This document shows, piece after piece, positions 1 to 10,018 of a DNA stretch of 64,000 bases. Origin of the DNA: an uncultured Actinomycetes bacterium (GTDB taxonomy: Bacteria > Actinomycetota > Acidimicrobiia > IMCC26256 > PALSA-610); assembly GCA_963807945.1 (NCBI GenBank), contig CAWEDT010000005.1:20624-84623 (forward strand), in the 5' to 3' direction. The position numbers were made by a program, and so were the translations under genes. The stretch's first letter is position 1, and every line of letters begins with the position of its first letter. The notes below the pieces were generated by a model. The model had not been told where the DNA came from, made no database searches, and was given only the letters and a program-made list of their open reading frames with translations.

Positions 1-557
1 ACTCGCGGCGGCGTGGGTGTCGCGGCGACGGAAGTCGCCGGACCGGCGTCGTCGAGCGCGGCTTCGACAACGGTCTGAAGATCGACCGCGGTCGGGTCGG
101 TCGCGGGAGCCGGGTCGGTCGCGGTCGGATCGACCAGGTCTTGCGCCGTTGGCGTGATGATGACCGGTTGCGTCGGCGTCGGGACCTGCGGGGTGTCGGC
201 TGCGGCCGAGTTGCCGGCCGGCGCGGGCGCGGGTGTCGGCGGCGTGACCGCGGGCGCGAGCGGTGCGAGCATCGCCGTGTTGTCGTCGTTCGTCTCGGCG
301 TTCTTGTCGGGCCCGGACTTGTCAGTTGTCGTCTTGTCCGTCGCGGTCTTGGCGCTCGCCCTTCCGCTCGCGGGATCGGTTCCGTCGTGGGCGTGCGAGT
401 CGCGGGCCTTGTCGGAACGGGGGTTGTCGGAACGCGCCGTCTCGGGGTTCGCCTCGGCGCTCGCCAGCAACAGATCGAACCCCGATGCGGGCGCGTCGTT
501 GCCCGGGTCGGAGCTCAGCGACTCCAACGCGGTGCTCGCAACGGGGGTGATGCTCAT
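1..557 (-). CDS. Probable flagellar hook-length control protein FliK, N-terminal part (runs off the left edge)
   Basis: ATG at 557 overlaps the fliJ stop (ATGA). Reads MSITPVASTALESLSSDPGNDAPASGFDLLLASAEA followed by a Pro/Thr/Ala/Asp low-complexity region. Position after fliJ fits FliK, but the diagnostic C-terminal domain is outside the window. Confidence 0.55.
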   Translation of the reverse strand, partial: MSITPVASTALESLSSDPGNDAPASGFDLLLASAEANPETARSDNPRSDKARDSHAHDGTDPASGRASAKTATDKTTTDKSGPDKNAETNDDNTAMLAPLAPAVTPPTPAPAPAGNSAAADTPQVPTPTQPVIITPTAQDLVDPTATDPAPATDPTAVDLQTVVEAALDDAGPATSVAATPTPPR

Positions 558-988
558 TCGTGGGCTCCTCGGGAGTGGCGGGCAACGACGAGGTCGTCGA
601 CCAGACGGTCCTCGTCGCGCCGGACCTCGATGGCGTGCTCGTCGCGGCGGCGGGTTTCGAGCCGTTCCAGTGCGGCCACCCGTTGGTGGGCCGCGGTCCA
701 GTCGGCGCGCCGGTCGTCGACGACGCCGAGCGCGTGCTGGTAACCCACGCGGGCGACCGTGATCGCACCGGCCGCGTTGTCGAGCCGGAATTGAATGCGG
801 TGGAACTCGTCGAACGCCTGCTCTCCGCCCGGACGGGGGGTGTCCGAATAGTCGGCGATCCGCGCGTTCACACGATCCGCGGCCGCGCGCGCTTCGCGGT
901 GCGCGTGCATGAGCTCGGCGCGCGCCATGTCCTCTTGGAGGCGGCGGACGCGGAGTACTTGTTCGAGTCGGAACCGGAAGCGCTTCAA
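554..988 (-). CDS. fliJ: Flagellar export protein FliJ
   Basis: [16 protein letters not shown]-terminus, 144-aa coiled coil, directly after fliI. Confidence 0.9.
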   Translation of the reverse strand: MKRFRFRLEQVLRVRRLQEDMARAELMHAHREARAAADRVNARIADYSDTPRPGGEQAFDEFHRIQFRLDNAAGAITVARVGYQHALGVVDDRRADWTAAHQRVAALERLETRRRDEHAIEVRRDEDRLVDDLVVARHSRGAHE

Positions 989-2308
989 CCGCTACCTCCT
1001 CCGACGAGATGATTGAGCGCGGCCCACGCGTCCGATGCAGAGCCAACGTCATCCAGGTCTTGTCGGAGGAAGCCATCCATTGCTTCTCGGAGTGCAATTG
1101 CGCGGTCGACGAGCGGGTTCGTGCCCGACACGTACGCGCCGATCTCGATCAGGTCCTTCGCGTCTCGGTACGCGGCCATGAGGCGGCGCATCTCGGTCGC
1201 GGCTTGGCGCTGCTCGGGTTGGGTGATCGCGGGAACGAGGCGGGAGATCGACTCGAGCACGTCGATGCTCGGGAAGTGGCCGGCCGTCGCCAGCGACCGC
1301 GACAAGACGATGTGCCCGTCGAGGATCGAGCGGGACGCGTCGCCGATCGGATCCATCATGTCGTCGCCCTCGACCAGCACGGTGTAAAGGCCGGTAACGC
1401 TGCCGCGATCCGATGCACCGGCCCGTTCGAGCAGGCGGGGGAGGAGTCCGAACACCGAAGGCGGGTACCCGCGGGTCGCGGGGGGTTCGCCGGCCGAGAG
1501 GCCGACTTCGCGTTGCGCCATGGCGAACCGGGTGAGGCTGTCCATGAGGAGCAGCACGTCGAGGTCCTGGTCGCGGAACCACTCGGCGATACGCGTCGCG
1601 GTGAACGCGGCGCGCAGGCGCACGAGCGCGGGCTCGTCGGAAGTCGAAACGACCACGACCGCGCGCGCCAGGCCCTCGGGTCCGAGATCGTTCTCGATGA
1701 ACTCGCGTACTTCTCGACCGCGTTCTCCGACCAGCGCCAACACGGTGACCGCGGCTTCGGTGCCACGCGTGATCATGGACAGCAGCGTCGATTTTCCGAC
1801 ACCGGAACCGGCGAAGATCCCCATGCGTTGCCCGCGACCGCACGGCATCAACGTGTCGAGCGCGCGCACGCCGAGCGGGAGTTGCGTGTCGATCATGCGG
1901 CGCGAGAGCGGGTGCGGCGCCTGGTGCTCGACCGAAACGCGCGGCAGGTGCCGCAGCGGCGGTCCGCCATCGATCGGGCGGCCCAATCCGTCGAGCACGC
2001 GGCCCAGAAGCTCGGGGCCGACGGGAATCGAGGTCGCGCCTTCGGCGGCGTGGGCGCGGTCGCCGGCGCGCACACCGCGCAGATCGCCGAGCGGCATGCA
2101 CACCAACGTGTCGTCGCGGATCGCCACGACCTCGGCAATCACCGGGCCGTGGTCGGTGGCAACCGTGACCGAGCTCCCGATCGGGAGCTGCATGCCTTCG
2201 ACTTCGAGATTGAGCCCGAGCACGCGCGCGCGACGCGTCCCGCGACACGTGCGGACGCGCCGCGTCGAGTACGGAGTCGAGCAGGGGCTCGAACAGCTGG
2301 GCGGTCAT
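985..2308 (-). CDS. fliI: Flagellum-specific ATPase FliI (apparent frameshift near 2230-2250)
   Basis: [15 protein letters not shown] Walker [37 protein letters not shown]. The 5' start at 2308 lies in another frame. Confidence 0.95.
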
Positions 2309-2940
2309 TGCCCCAACACTTCGCGGATGCGCTCGATCGCGGAGTCGAGGCGGGCGTCGATGCGGCAGCCGTTGACGTCGACGACGCAGTCGCCCGGGCG
2401 GAGCGAGGCGTCGCCGACGACTGCGAGTGAGCGCCCCGGTGCGAGATCTGCGGGGTCGCCGAGCGCGGCGAGATCGTCGGGATGCAGGCGGGCAACCACC
2501 TGGCCTTGTTCGGGCGCGAAGTCGAGCGCGCGTGCCAGCGCGTCGCGCCCGGCCTGCTCGGTGTGAGTGAGCTCGTGGCCGAGCAGTACTTGGGCGATCT
2601 CGAACGCGACTGCCACCACTTGATCTTCGATGTCGTGCCGGCCGGTCGCTTCGCGCGCATAGAGCGCGGCGGCGGCCTCACCGAACTGCGGAACGAGGCC
2701 GGCGAGCCGGGTCGCGAGATCTTCGGTGCGCGCTCGCGCCTCGCCGATCCCATCGGCGTACCCGTTGTTGAAGCCTTCGTTGTATCCGGCTTCGTTGCCC
2801 TCGCGCAGCGCGCTCTCGATCAGGTTCGGATCGACGACGAGACTGCGTGCGGCGCGCGCGGTCACCATGCCCAGTTCGGCCGCCGGCGCGATCAGGGACA
2901 CGTCCCGCATGACGCGGACTCGAGTGCGTTCCCTAGACAA
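2305..2940 (-). CDS. fliH: Flagellar assembly protein FliH
   Basis: GxxxG repeats ([18 protein letters not shown]), RLHPDDL, GDCVVDV..RIDA; located between fliG and fliI. Confidence 0.9.
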   Translation of the reverse strand: MSRERTRVRVMRDVSLIAPAAELGMVTARAARSLVVDPNLIESALREGNEAGYNEGFNNGYADGIGEARARTEDLATRLAGLVPQFGEAAAALYAREATGRHDIEDQVVAVAFEIAQVLLGHELTHTEQAGRDALARALDFAPEQGQVVARLHPDDLAALGDPADLAPGRSLAVVGDASLRPGDCVVDVNGCRIDARLDSAIERIREVLGQ

Positions 2941-3946
2941 CGAGCTCCTCGCCGCCGCGCGACATGTCGATCTGGCCGGCTTCCTCGAGCGTGCGGATGA
3001 CCCGAACGATCGATGCTTGCGCCTCTTCGACGGTCTTGAGCTTGATGGGTCCGAGGAGTTGGATCTCTTCGGTGAGGTTCGCGGCGGCGCGCTCCGACAT
3101 GTTGCCGGTGATCTTGCTGCGCACCTTGGCGTCGACACCTTTGAGTGCGACCGCGAGCTCCTTGGCGTCGACCGAACGCAACACCATCTGCACGGAGCGG
3201 TCGTCGAGGTTGGTGACGTCTTCGAACACGAACATCCGGTTGCGCACCTCGTCGGCGAGCTCGGCGTCTTGTTGTTCGAGTCCTTCGAGGATCAGGCGTT
3301 CGGTGGCGCGGTCGGAGGAGTTCAGGATGTCGACGAGCGTCTGAAGCCCACCGGCCTGCGCGAAGTCCGACTGCTGGATAACCGTCGACAGCTTGCGCTC
3401 GAGGATCGCTTCGACCTGCTCGATCACTTCGGGTGACGTGCGGTCCATCGTGGCGATGCGGATCGCGACGTCACGCTGCTGCTCTTCGGGCAGCGAGCCC
3501 ATCACCATCGCCGCGGCTTCGGGATGCATGTGCGCGAGCACGAGCGCGATCGTCTGCGGGTGCTCGTCTTGCAGGTACGAGAGCACCTGACGCGTGTCGG
3601 CGCGGCGCAAGAACTCGAACGGCGCGGCGACCATCGTGACACCGAGGTTGTCGAGGATCTCGTCGGCCTTGGTACCGCCGAAGCTCGACTCGAGCAGCTC
3701 CCGTGCCGTTTGGTAACCGCCCTGGGCGACGTGGGCGCGCGCGATGAACGTGTCGCGGAACTCGCCCATCACCTCTTCGATCTCGTGTAGCTCGAGGTGA
3801 TGCAGCCGCGCGACCTCCGACATGATCTCGGCGACTTCCTGCTCGCGCATGGAACGCAGGATCGGAGCGGCCCGCTCCTTGCCGACCTGCATGACGAGGA
3901 TTGCGGCCTTCTGCACTCCGCTGAAGCCTCGGGTTGCCACCGTCAT
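2933..3946 (-). CDS. fliG: Flagellar motor switch protein FliG
   Basis: [29 protein letters not shown] motifs. Confidence 0.97.
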   Translation of the reverse strand: MTVATRGFSGVQKAAILVMQVGKERAAPILRSMREQEVAEIMSEVARLHHLELHEIEEVMGEFRDTFIARAHVAQGGYQTARELLESSFGGTKADEILDNLGVTMVAAPFEFLRRADTRQVLSYLQDEHPQTIALVLAHMHPEAAAMVMGSLPEEQQRDVAIRIATMDRTSPEVIEQVEAILERKLSTVIQQSDFAQAGGLQTLVDILNSSDRATERLILEGLEQQDAELADEVRNRMFVFEDVTNLDDRSVQMVLRSVDAKELAVALKGVDAKVRSKITGNMSERAAANLTEEIQLLGPIKLKTVEEAQASIVRVIRTLEEAGQIDMSRGGEELVV

Positions 3947-3955
3947 GCCCTCCGG

Positions 3956-5546
3956 TCAGCAAGCCAGGACCGCAAGGTCTGCGCGACCTCGTCGGGCTGG
4001 TGTTCGATGAGATCGCCGAGCTCGCCGTCGCTGCCCGAGTCGAGCGCGGGGCCGGCCGCGGCGCGCGACGGCGTATTGCTCGGCATCGAGGCGAGGCATC
4101 GATGCCGGCCCGATCGCGGCGGGGTTCGGCGGCTTCGAGCTCACGAAGATCGAGCGGTACCCGCAGCGGCACCCGGTTCGATTCGGCTTTCTTGATCGCA
4201 CGCCAGGCGAAGAACAACACCAGGCCGACGATCGCCAGCGTGATGATGCTGCGGAGCATGTCCATCATCCCGCCCGTGCTTCCGCCCGAACCGGCGCTCA
4301 ACTGCGCCTTGGCTTCCTTCTTGGCCGCGGAGCTGAATGCGACCGACGTGACCTCCACCGAGTCGCCGCGCTTGGGGTCGTAACCGACTGCGGTCTGGAT
4401 CTGCTTGGTCCAGTTGGCGACGTCGGCGGGCTTGACCGCGGAACTGTCGAGCAGCACCGCGACCGACAGGCGGTTGATCTTGCCGGGAGCCTGGTCGATC
4501 TCTTCTTGCACCTGGTTGAGCGCGTTGGTCGTCTGGTTCGTGGTCTTCGAGTAGCTCTGCGGTGAGCTTCCGGTGCCCGCCGTCGGCGTCCCGGTCGTGC
4601 CCAGGATGCCGGCGCCGGCGGCCGAGGCTCCGGTGAAGGTTTCCTTCGAGGTGTTCGACGCCGCCGCCAGCGGTTGGGCCTTGCCGTTCTTGTCCTTGGG
4701 TGCGCTCGTCGTGAGACTCGTCTTCTTCGTCTTGTCGAAGTTCATGTCGGTCTGCACGTGTACGGCGGCGTGGTTCGGACCGAGCGCCATGGCGAGGTAG
4801 CTCGTCACCGACTGCCCGAGACCCGCGTCGAACGCGTTCTGCTGCTCGAGGCCTTGGCCGCTCGCGAGATCCATGCCGGGCGCGTTGAGCACGTTGCCGT
4901 TCGAGTCGGCGACGGTCACGTCGTCAGGCGTCATGTTCGGGATGCTCGAGGCGACGAGGTTCACGATCGCCTGGACCTTGTCGGTCGAGAGCTCACCACT
5001 GGACGGCTGGACCAGCACACCCGCGCTCGGCGGGTCGGAGGTCGCGCCGACGAACACCTGGTCGGGCGGGATCGTGAGATTCACGGTCGCGGCCGACACG
5101 CCGCTGATCGCTTCGATCGTCTTCTGGAGCTCGCCCTGCATGGCACGCTGGTAGTCGACGCGCTGCACGAACTCGGAGGCGGTGATGCCTTCCTTGTCGA
5201 GCAGTGCGAGCCCGTCGGAGGTCGACGGCGCGTTCCCCGCCGCACTGAGTGCAACGCGCTCCTTGTAGACCATGTCGGCCGGCACGAGCACACTCGCGCC
5301 GCCGTCGGCGAGCTTCCACTTGATGCCCGCCGAGTCGAGTGACTGCGTGATCTTGCCCGCGTCGGCGCCGCTCAAGTTCGTGTAGAGGGGCGCGTAGTCG
5401 GTGGTGCTCGACCACTTGGTGAACGCCATCCCGGCGAACACGACCGCGATCACACCGAGGATCGTCATTGCCTTCTGACCGGGGGTGAAGCCGTCTACGA
5501 ACCGCTTCCCCTGGTCTTTGATCCGATCGAGATCGATTGCGGCCAT
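3956..5546 (-). CDS. fliF: Flagellar M-ring protein FliF (frameshifted near the C-terminus)
   Basis: N-terminal TM, YQRAMQGEL, AIVNLVASSIP, RLSVAVLLD, GYDPKRGD, second TM. The C-terminus (QPDEVAQTLRSWL) continues in another frame to 3956. Confidence 0.93.
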
Positions 5547-5884
5547 CAGATCTGCATACCCATGATCTGGTTGAACGCCTCGACCGCGCGGTCACGTACG
5601 GCGACGGTCAGCTGCGTCTGCAGTGACGCTTCCGTCGCGGCGATCGTGTAGTTGTGCACGTCGACGAGATCGCCGGTCGCGGCTTGCACCGCGAGGTTGC
5701 TCGCGTTCGCTTGCGTGTCCTGCACGCCTTGCAACGCGTTCACGACGACGTTGCCGAAGTCGCCGGTCGGTGCATTGGCGCCTGCGACTTGGCCTGCACC
5801 GGCACCTGCGGCCGCGCCGGGTTGTGCGCTGATCGGTGCGGCGGTCGCCGCGCTCATCAGCGCCCCGATCGGGGAGACTGTCAT
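5546..5884 (-). CDS. fliE: Flagellar hook-basal body protein FliE
   Basis: [20 protein letters not shown]-terminus. Confidence 0.93.
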   Translation of the reverse strand: MTVSPIGALMSAATAAPISAQPGAAAGAGAGQVAGANAPTGDFGNVVVNALQGVQDTQANASNLAVQAATGDLVDVHNYTIAATEASLQTQLTVAVRDRAVEAFNQIMGMQI

Positions 5885-5887
5885 CCG

Positions 5888-6307
5888 TTACCGCCCGTTG
5901 ATTTCGATGGCTTGCTGATAGGAGTCGTGCGCGCGGTCGATGACCGCGAGATTCAGTTGGTACGCCCGTTGGGCGAGGATCAGGTCGGTCATGTTCTGCG
6001 CCACGTCGACGTCGGGCGAGCGCACCATGCCGTCCTTGTTGGCGAGCGGGTTGCCGGGATCGGAGTGCAAGATCCCTTCCGCGCTGCCGTACTTCACCGC
6101 GGCGGCCGTCACACCCCCACCGACTCCGACCGGATCGCCGGGGTTCGAGGGAAGCTCCTGCGCCTGGATGAACTCTGCTTGGAACGCGGGCTGGTCGAAC
6201 GGCTTGATCGTGTTGACGTTCGCGAGGTTGTCGGCGATCGCGTCCATCCAGATTCGGTTGGTGCTGAGCGCCGAGCTCGCAGTGTCGAAAACGGGGAAGA
6301 TCGCCAT
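5888..6307 (-). CDS. flgC: Flagellar basal-body rod protein FlgC
   Basis: IADNLANVNT, DPGNPLANKDGMVRSPDVD, AQRAYQLN. Confidence 0.95.
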   Translation of the reverse strand: MAIFPVFDTASSALSTNRIWMDAIADNLANVNTIKPFDQPAFQAEFIQAQELPSNPGDPVGVGGGVTAAAVKYGSAEGILHSDPGNPLANKDGMVRSPDVDVAQNMTDLILAQRAYQLNLAVIDRAHDSYQQAIEINGR

Positions 6308-6651
6308 TACAGGTCCTGGCGCATCGAGTCGCGTATGACGCTGAACTCGTTGTTGATCGACGTCGTGGCGAGCTGGTAGCGCAGCCCGGTGTCGACGAGT
6401 GCCACGGTCTCCTCGTCGACGTTCACGTTGTTGCCGTTCGGCAACGTCGGCGCGCTCGAGGTCGTGGTCGAGATATCGGTGGAACCCGGATCGCCACTGG
6501 CGACTGCGGCGCGCAGGCTGTCTTCGAAGTTGACGTTCTGCGACAGGTAGCCGGGCGTCTCGGCGTTGGCCACGTTGGTGGCGATCACGCGCTGCCGCGC
6601 GGCGAGACCGTCGAGCGACGTCTGGATCGCCTGAATCGTGAGGTCGAACAC
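6307..6651 (-). CDS. flgB: Flagellar basal-body rod protein FlgB
   Basis: RQRVIATNVANAETPGY, NGNNVNVDEE. Confidence 0.95.
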   Translation of the reverse strand: MFDLTIQAIQTSLDGLAARQRVIATNVANAETPGYLSQNVNFEDSLRAAVASGDPGSTDISTTTSSAPTLPNGNNVNVDEETVALVDTGLRYQLATTSINNEFSVIRDSMRQDL

Positions 6652-6681
6652 GCCTCACCCTCCGCCCGAGAGTGTCCCCAT

Positions 6682-6716
6682 CCGTCCTGGCGGGTAATGG
6701 CGAGCAATCCCTGCTC
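6682..6716 (-). promoter_or_regulatory. Two putative CsrA-binding GGA hairpins in the flgB leader
   Basis: Minus strand GAGCA-GGGAT-TGCTC (6716-6702) and CCG-CCAGGA-CGG (6693-6682), each with GGA in the loop. Confidence 0.5.
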
Positions 6717-6733
6717 CGCCCTGTGCGAGTCCC

Positions 6734-6761
6734 CGATCGGCGCGTCGGCGCCCGAGTTGAG
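6734..6761 (-). promoter_or_regulatory. Sigma-28 (FliA/WhiG)-type promoter of the flgB operon
   Basis: Minus strand CTCA-N16-GCCGATCG. Confidence 0.7.
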
Positions 6762-6807
6762 AAGAACGCACGGGCGCGCGGAAGGGTCGCTTCAGGGCCA
6801 GTGCGAC

Positions 6808-6834
6808 TTCAGGGGTGCCGCGGGATGCCGATCG
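6808..6834 (+). promoter_or_regulatory. Sigma-28-type promoter of the pseI operon, divergent from the flgB promoter
   Basis: TTCA-N15-GCCGATCG. Confidence 0.6.
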
Positions 6835-6890
6835 AGGAACCGTCTAGATGTGTCGAAACGTAGATGTCTCGAAAACGGATCGGAGCGGGA

Positions 6891-8094
6891 ATGGCCGCGA
6901 GTGTCGAGGGGGATCTTTCGGGGTGCGAGGAGTTCGATCGCGCCCGGGAGTTGCTGGCCGAGTTCCGTGACGAAGAGGCGCTCGATTACTTCGAGCTCGC
7001 GAGCGGCCGGGCCACCGACGCGAGCGTGCGCGCGTCGGCCGCGGCGTACGTGGGTGGGCTGCTGCTGAGTGCCCACCGGCCGTGGGAAGTAGAGGCCTGG
7101 GCCGAGATCGTCCGCGAGAACTCGGGTCGCCCCGACCTCGGCGACTTCCTCGAGGCCGGCGCCCGCCTGCAGCTCGACGACCGCGACGGTGCCCGCCGCC
7201 TGCTCGATCAGGTGGAAGACCCGAGCGACGCGTGGTTCCCCTGCTCGGTGACCGCGGCTCGCATCGCCCGCGCGGATGTTGCGTACCTCGATGGTGACGT
7301 CGACCGCGCGCGGACCGAGGTGCTCGCCACGTTCGAGACCGATCGCTACGCGACCGAGGTGTGGGACGCCTTCGCGCGTCTGTGCGCCGACACCGACTTC
7401 GACCCGACCGAGGCGATCGAGCTCATCCCCGACGACCGCACGTTCGAGGTGATCACCGCGCTCCGGAACTCGGAGCCCGCCGGCGTCGACCGCATCGCCG
7501 AAGTGATCTGGGCGCGCAACCCGGGTGACGCTCGGGTGCTCGCACTGGTTCCCCGGTTCGCGGCGAAGCTCGAGAGCATCCGCGCCATGGAGTGGTCCGC
7601 TCGCATGCGCCGCGTCGGCATGGGCCGCACCTGCCCGTTGCTCGCCCGCGCCGAAGACGAGTCGGTCGACCCGTTGGAGCGGGTGCGCGCGTGCGCACTC
7701 GTGCACGTCGCGTTCGGTGACCGCCGGGCCCGCGAGTTGCTGGAGAAGGCCGCACCGAGGTTGTCGGACAACCAGGTCGTTCCCGCCGTGCTCGAAGTAC
7801 TCGGCATCGCGCCCGCGCTCGCCGACTCCGCGGTCGCGATGGCCGCGTCCACACCGATTCGCCGCGCTCGCCATCGCCACCGCGCTGTTCGATCGAGGCG
7901 CGGCGCAAGAGGCGTACTCCGTGCTCGTGCACGGCCTGTCGATGGAAGCCGCCGAAGACCTCACCACCGATGACGTCGTGCGCTTGTTGCCGGTTCCCGT
8001 GTTGCACGGCCTCGCGACCGAAGCAGAGCAGCGCGGCGACGAAGACGTGGCCGGCATCCTCGAAGCGGTCGCCGTCGTGGCCTCTGATCGATGA
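6891..8094 (+). CDS. Uncharacterised all-alpha (TPR/HEAT-like) protein heading the pseI operon (frameshift near 7850)
   Basis: ORFs 6864-7973 and 7525-8094 join. Helical-repeat character (EALDYFELA, ARRLLDQV, ARELLEKA). Stop overlaps the pseI start (ATGA). Confidence 0.6.
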
Positions 8095-9140
8095 GCGCGA
8101 CAGTCCGGCTCGGCGACCGGGAGGTCGGTTCCGGACATCCGTGTTACGTGATCGCGGAAGCGGGCGCGAATCACAATCGTGATCTCGACACCGCGCGCCG
8201 TCTCATCGACGTCGCCGCGGAGGCCGGAGCCGACGCAGTCAAGTTCCAGACCTATTCGGGCCGCACGCTGTATTCCACCAAGACGCCGCGCTTCGACTAT
8301 CTCGGCGAGCTCGGCGCCAAGCCTGCGCACGAGCTGCTCGAAGATCTCGCACTCCCGCGTGAGTGGCAGCCGATCCTCGCCGCGGACAGCCGCGATGCCG
8401 GCATCGAGTTCCTCTCGAGCCCCTTCGATCGCGCCGCGGTCGACGAGCTCGACGCGCTCGACGTGGCCGCGTTCAAGATCGCGTCGTTCGAGCTCGTGGA
8501 TCTGCCGCTCATCGAGTACACGGCGAGCAAGGGTCGTCCGCTGATCCTGTCGACGGGCATGGCCTCGCTCGGCGAGATCGAAGACGCAGTTTCCACCGCG
8601 CGCACGGCCGGTGCCCCCGAAGTGTGTTTGCTCCAATGCGCGTCGCTGTATCCGTCGCCGGCTCACATCATGAACCTGCGCGCGATCCCGACGATGGCCG
8701 CCGCGTTCGACGCGCCGGTCGGCTTGTCGGACCACACACTCGGGCTGCACGTCGCCGCGGCCGCAATCGCGCTCGGTGCCAGCCTGTTGGAGAAGCACTT
8801 CACCCTTGATCGCACGAGCTCAGGCCCCGATCACCCCTTCGCGATCGAACCGGGAGAGCTCAAGGAGCTGGTCGCGCACGTACGTGACGTCGAGGCCGCG
8901 TTGGGCGACGGCGTGAAGCGCGGTCCATCCGACGAGGAACGGGTCGAGATGTACGCGAAGGCGCGCCGCTCGGTGGTCGCCGCGTGCGCGATTCCCGCGG
9001 GTGTGCGCATCACCCGTGACATGCTGACGATCAAACGCCCGGGGCACGGCATCGCGCCGAAGCTCATAGAGGCGCTGGTCGGGCGCGTCGCCGCCGTCGA
9101 CATCGATGACGACGAGGTGCTCACCTGGGAGATGCTGTGA
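8091..9140 (+). CDS. pseI: Pseudaminic acid/NeuB-family synthase with C-terminal SAF/AFP domain
   Basis: VIAEAGANHN, AVKFQTY, FKIASFE, LSTGMA, GLSDHT, EKHFTLDR, KRPGHGI. Confidence 0.9.
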   Translation: MSATVRLGDREVGSGHPCYVIAEAGANHNRDLDTARRLIDVAAEAGADAVKFQTYSGRTLYSTKTPRFDYLGELGAKPAHELLEDLALPREWQPILAADSRDAGIEFLSSPFDRAAVDELDALDVAAFKIASFELVDLPLIEYTASKGRPLILSTGMASLGEIEDAVSTARTAGAPEVCLLQCASLYPSPAHIMNLRAIPTMAAAFDAPVGLSDHTLGLHVAAAAIALGASLLEKHFTLDRTSSGPDHPFAIEPGELKELVAHVRDVEAALGDGVKRGPSDEERVEMYAKARRSVVAACAIPAGVRITRDMLTIKRPGHGIAPKLIEALVGRVAAVDIDDDEVLTWEML

Positions 9141-10018
9141 CGCGCGAGATGCTGCTCACGTTCGACGAAGGCCCGGGTGTGGGCCTCGGTCACCGGCGCC
9201 GGGTGGAAGCGCTCGCAGCTGTGCTGACCGCGCGTGGCCACGACTGCCAGATGTTCTCACTGCCGAAGTTCGGCCTGATGCGCAGCGAAGTCGTTGTTGT
9301 CGACTCCTACCGCGTTCGCGCCGACGACAACGACCGGTTTCGGGCCGACGTGGTGGTCGCGATCGAAGACCTCGCGCGCGATCTCGACGTCGACATCGTG
9401 ATCGATCCGTCACCCGGCGCCGACGGAGCTGTGCATGAGCTCGCGTCACGAGTACTCGCGGGCGCCGCCTACGCGCTGGTTCCCGATGCCGAGCCGCGCG
9501 TTCCGCCGGCGCGCGTCGATGGCCCGGTCGAACGGGTGCTCGTCACCACCGGTGCCGCCGACGATCGGGGCATCGGCGCCGAGGTTGCCGCCGCTGTGCA
9601 CGCGTCTGCTCCCGCGATCGAAGTGAGGCTCGTGGTCGGGCCGTGGGGTTCCGATTCCGTTCCCGCGGGCGTGGTCGCGGTTCATGCTCCCGACGGTCTC
9701 ACCGACGAGCTCGCCGCCGCGGGGATCGTGGTGACCGCGGGCGGAGTGACCATGCTCGAGGCGTGCCGGCTTGCGCGTCCCGTGATCGCACTCGAGTTGG
9801 CGCTCAACCAGCGCCGCGCAGTTTCCGGATTGGCCAACGCGGGCGCGGTCGTACGCGCGACAGCCGCCACCGCTGCCACCGCGATCACCGACCTCATCGA
9901 AGACGGGGGTCGGCGCCTCACCCTCAGCACCGCGGCCGGTTCCGCGATCGACGGGAAGGGCGCAGCGCGCATTGCCGACGCGATCGAGCAGATCGTGACC
10001 CAGGCTCCCGTTCGATGA
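9137..10018 (+). CDS. pseG: PseG/SpsG-like UDP-sugar hydrolase (GT-B fold)
   Basis: GLGHRRR, VVVDSY, VTAGGVTMLEA, NQ, IDGKGAARI; operon context. Confidence 0.75.
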   Translation: MTREMLLTFDEGPGVGLGHRRRVEALAAVLTARGHDCQMFSLPKFGLMRSEVVVVDSYRVRADDNDRFRADVVVAIEDLARDLDVDIVIDPSPGADGAVHELASRVLAGAAYALVPDAEPRVPPARVDGPVERVLVTTGAADDRGIGAEVAAAVHASAPAIEVRLVVGPWGSDSVPAGVVAVHAPDGLTDELAAAGIVVTAGGVTMLEACRLARPVIALELALNQRRAVSGLANAGAVVRATAATAATAITDLIEDGGRRLTLSTAAGSAIDGKGAARIADAIEQIVTQAPVR

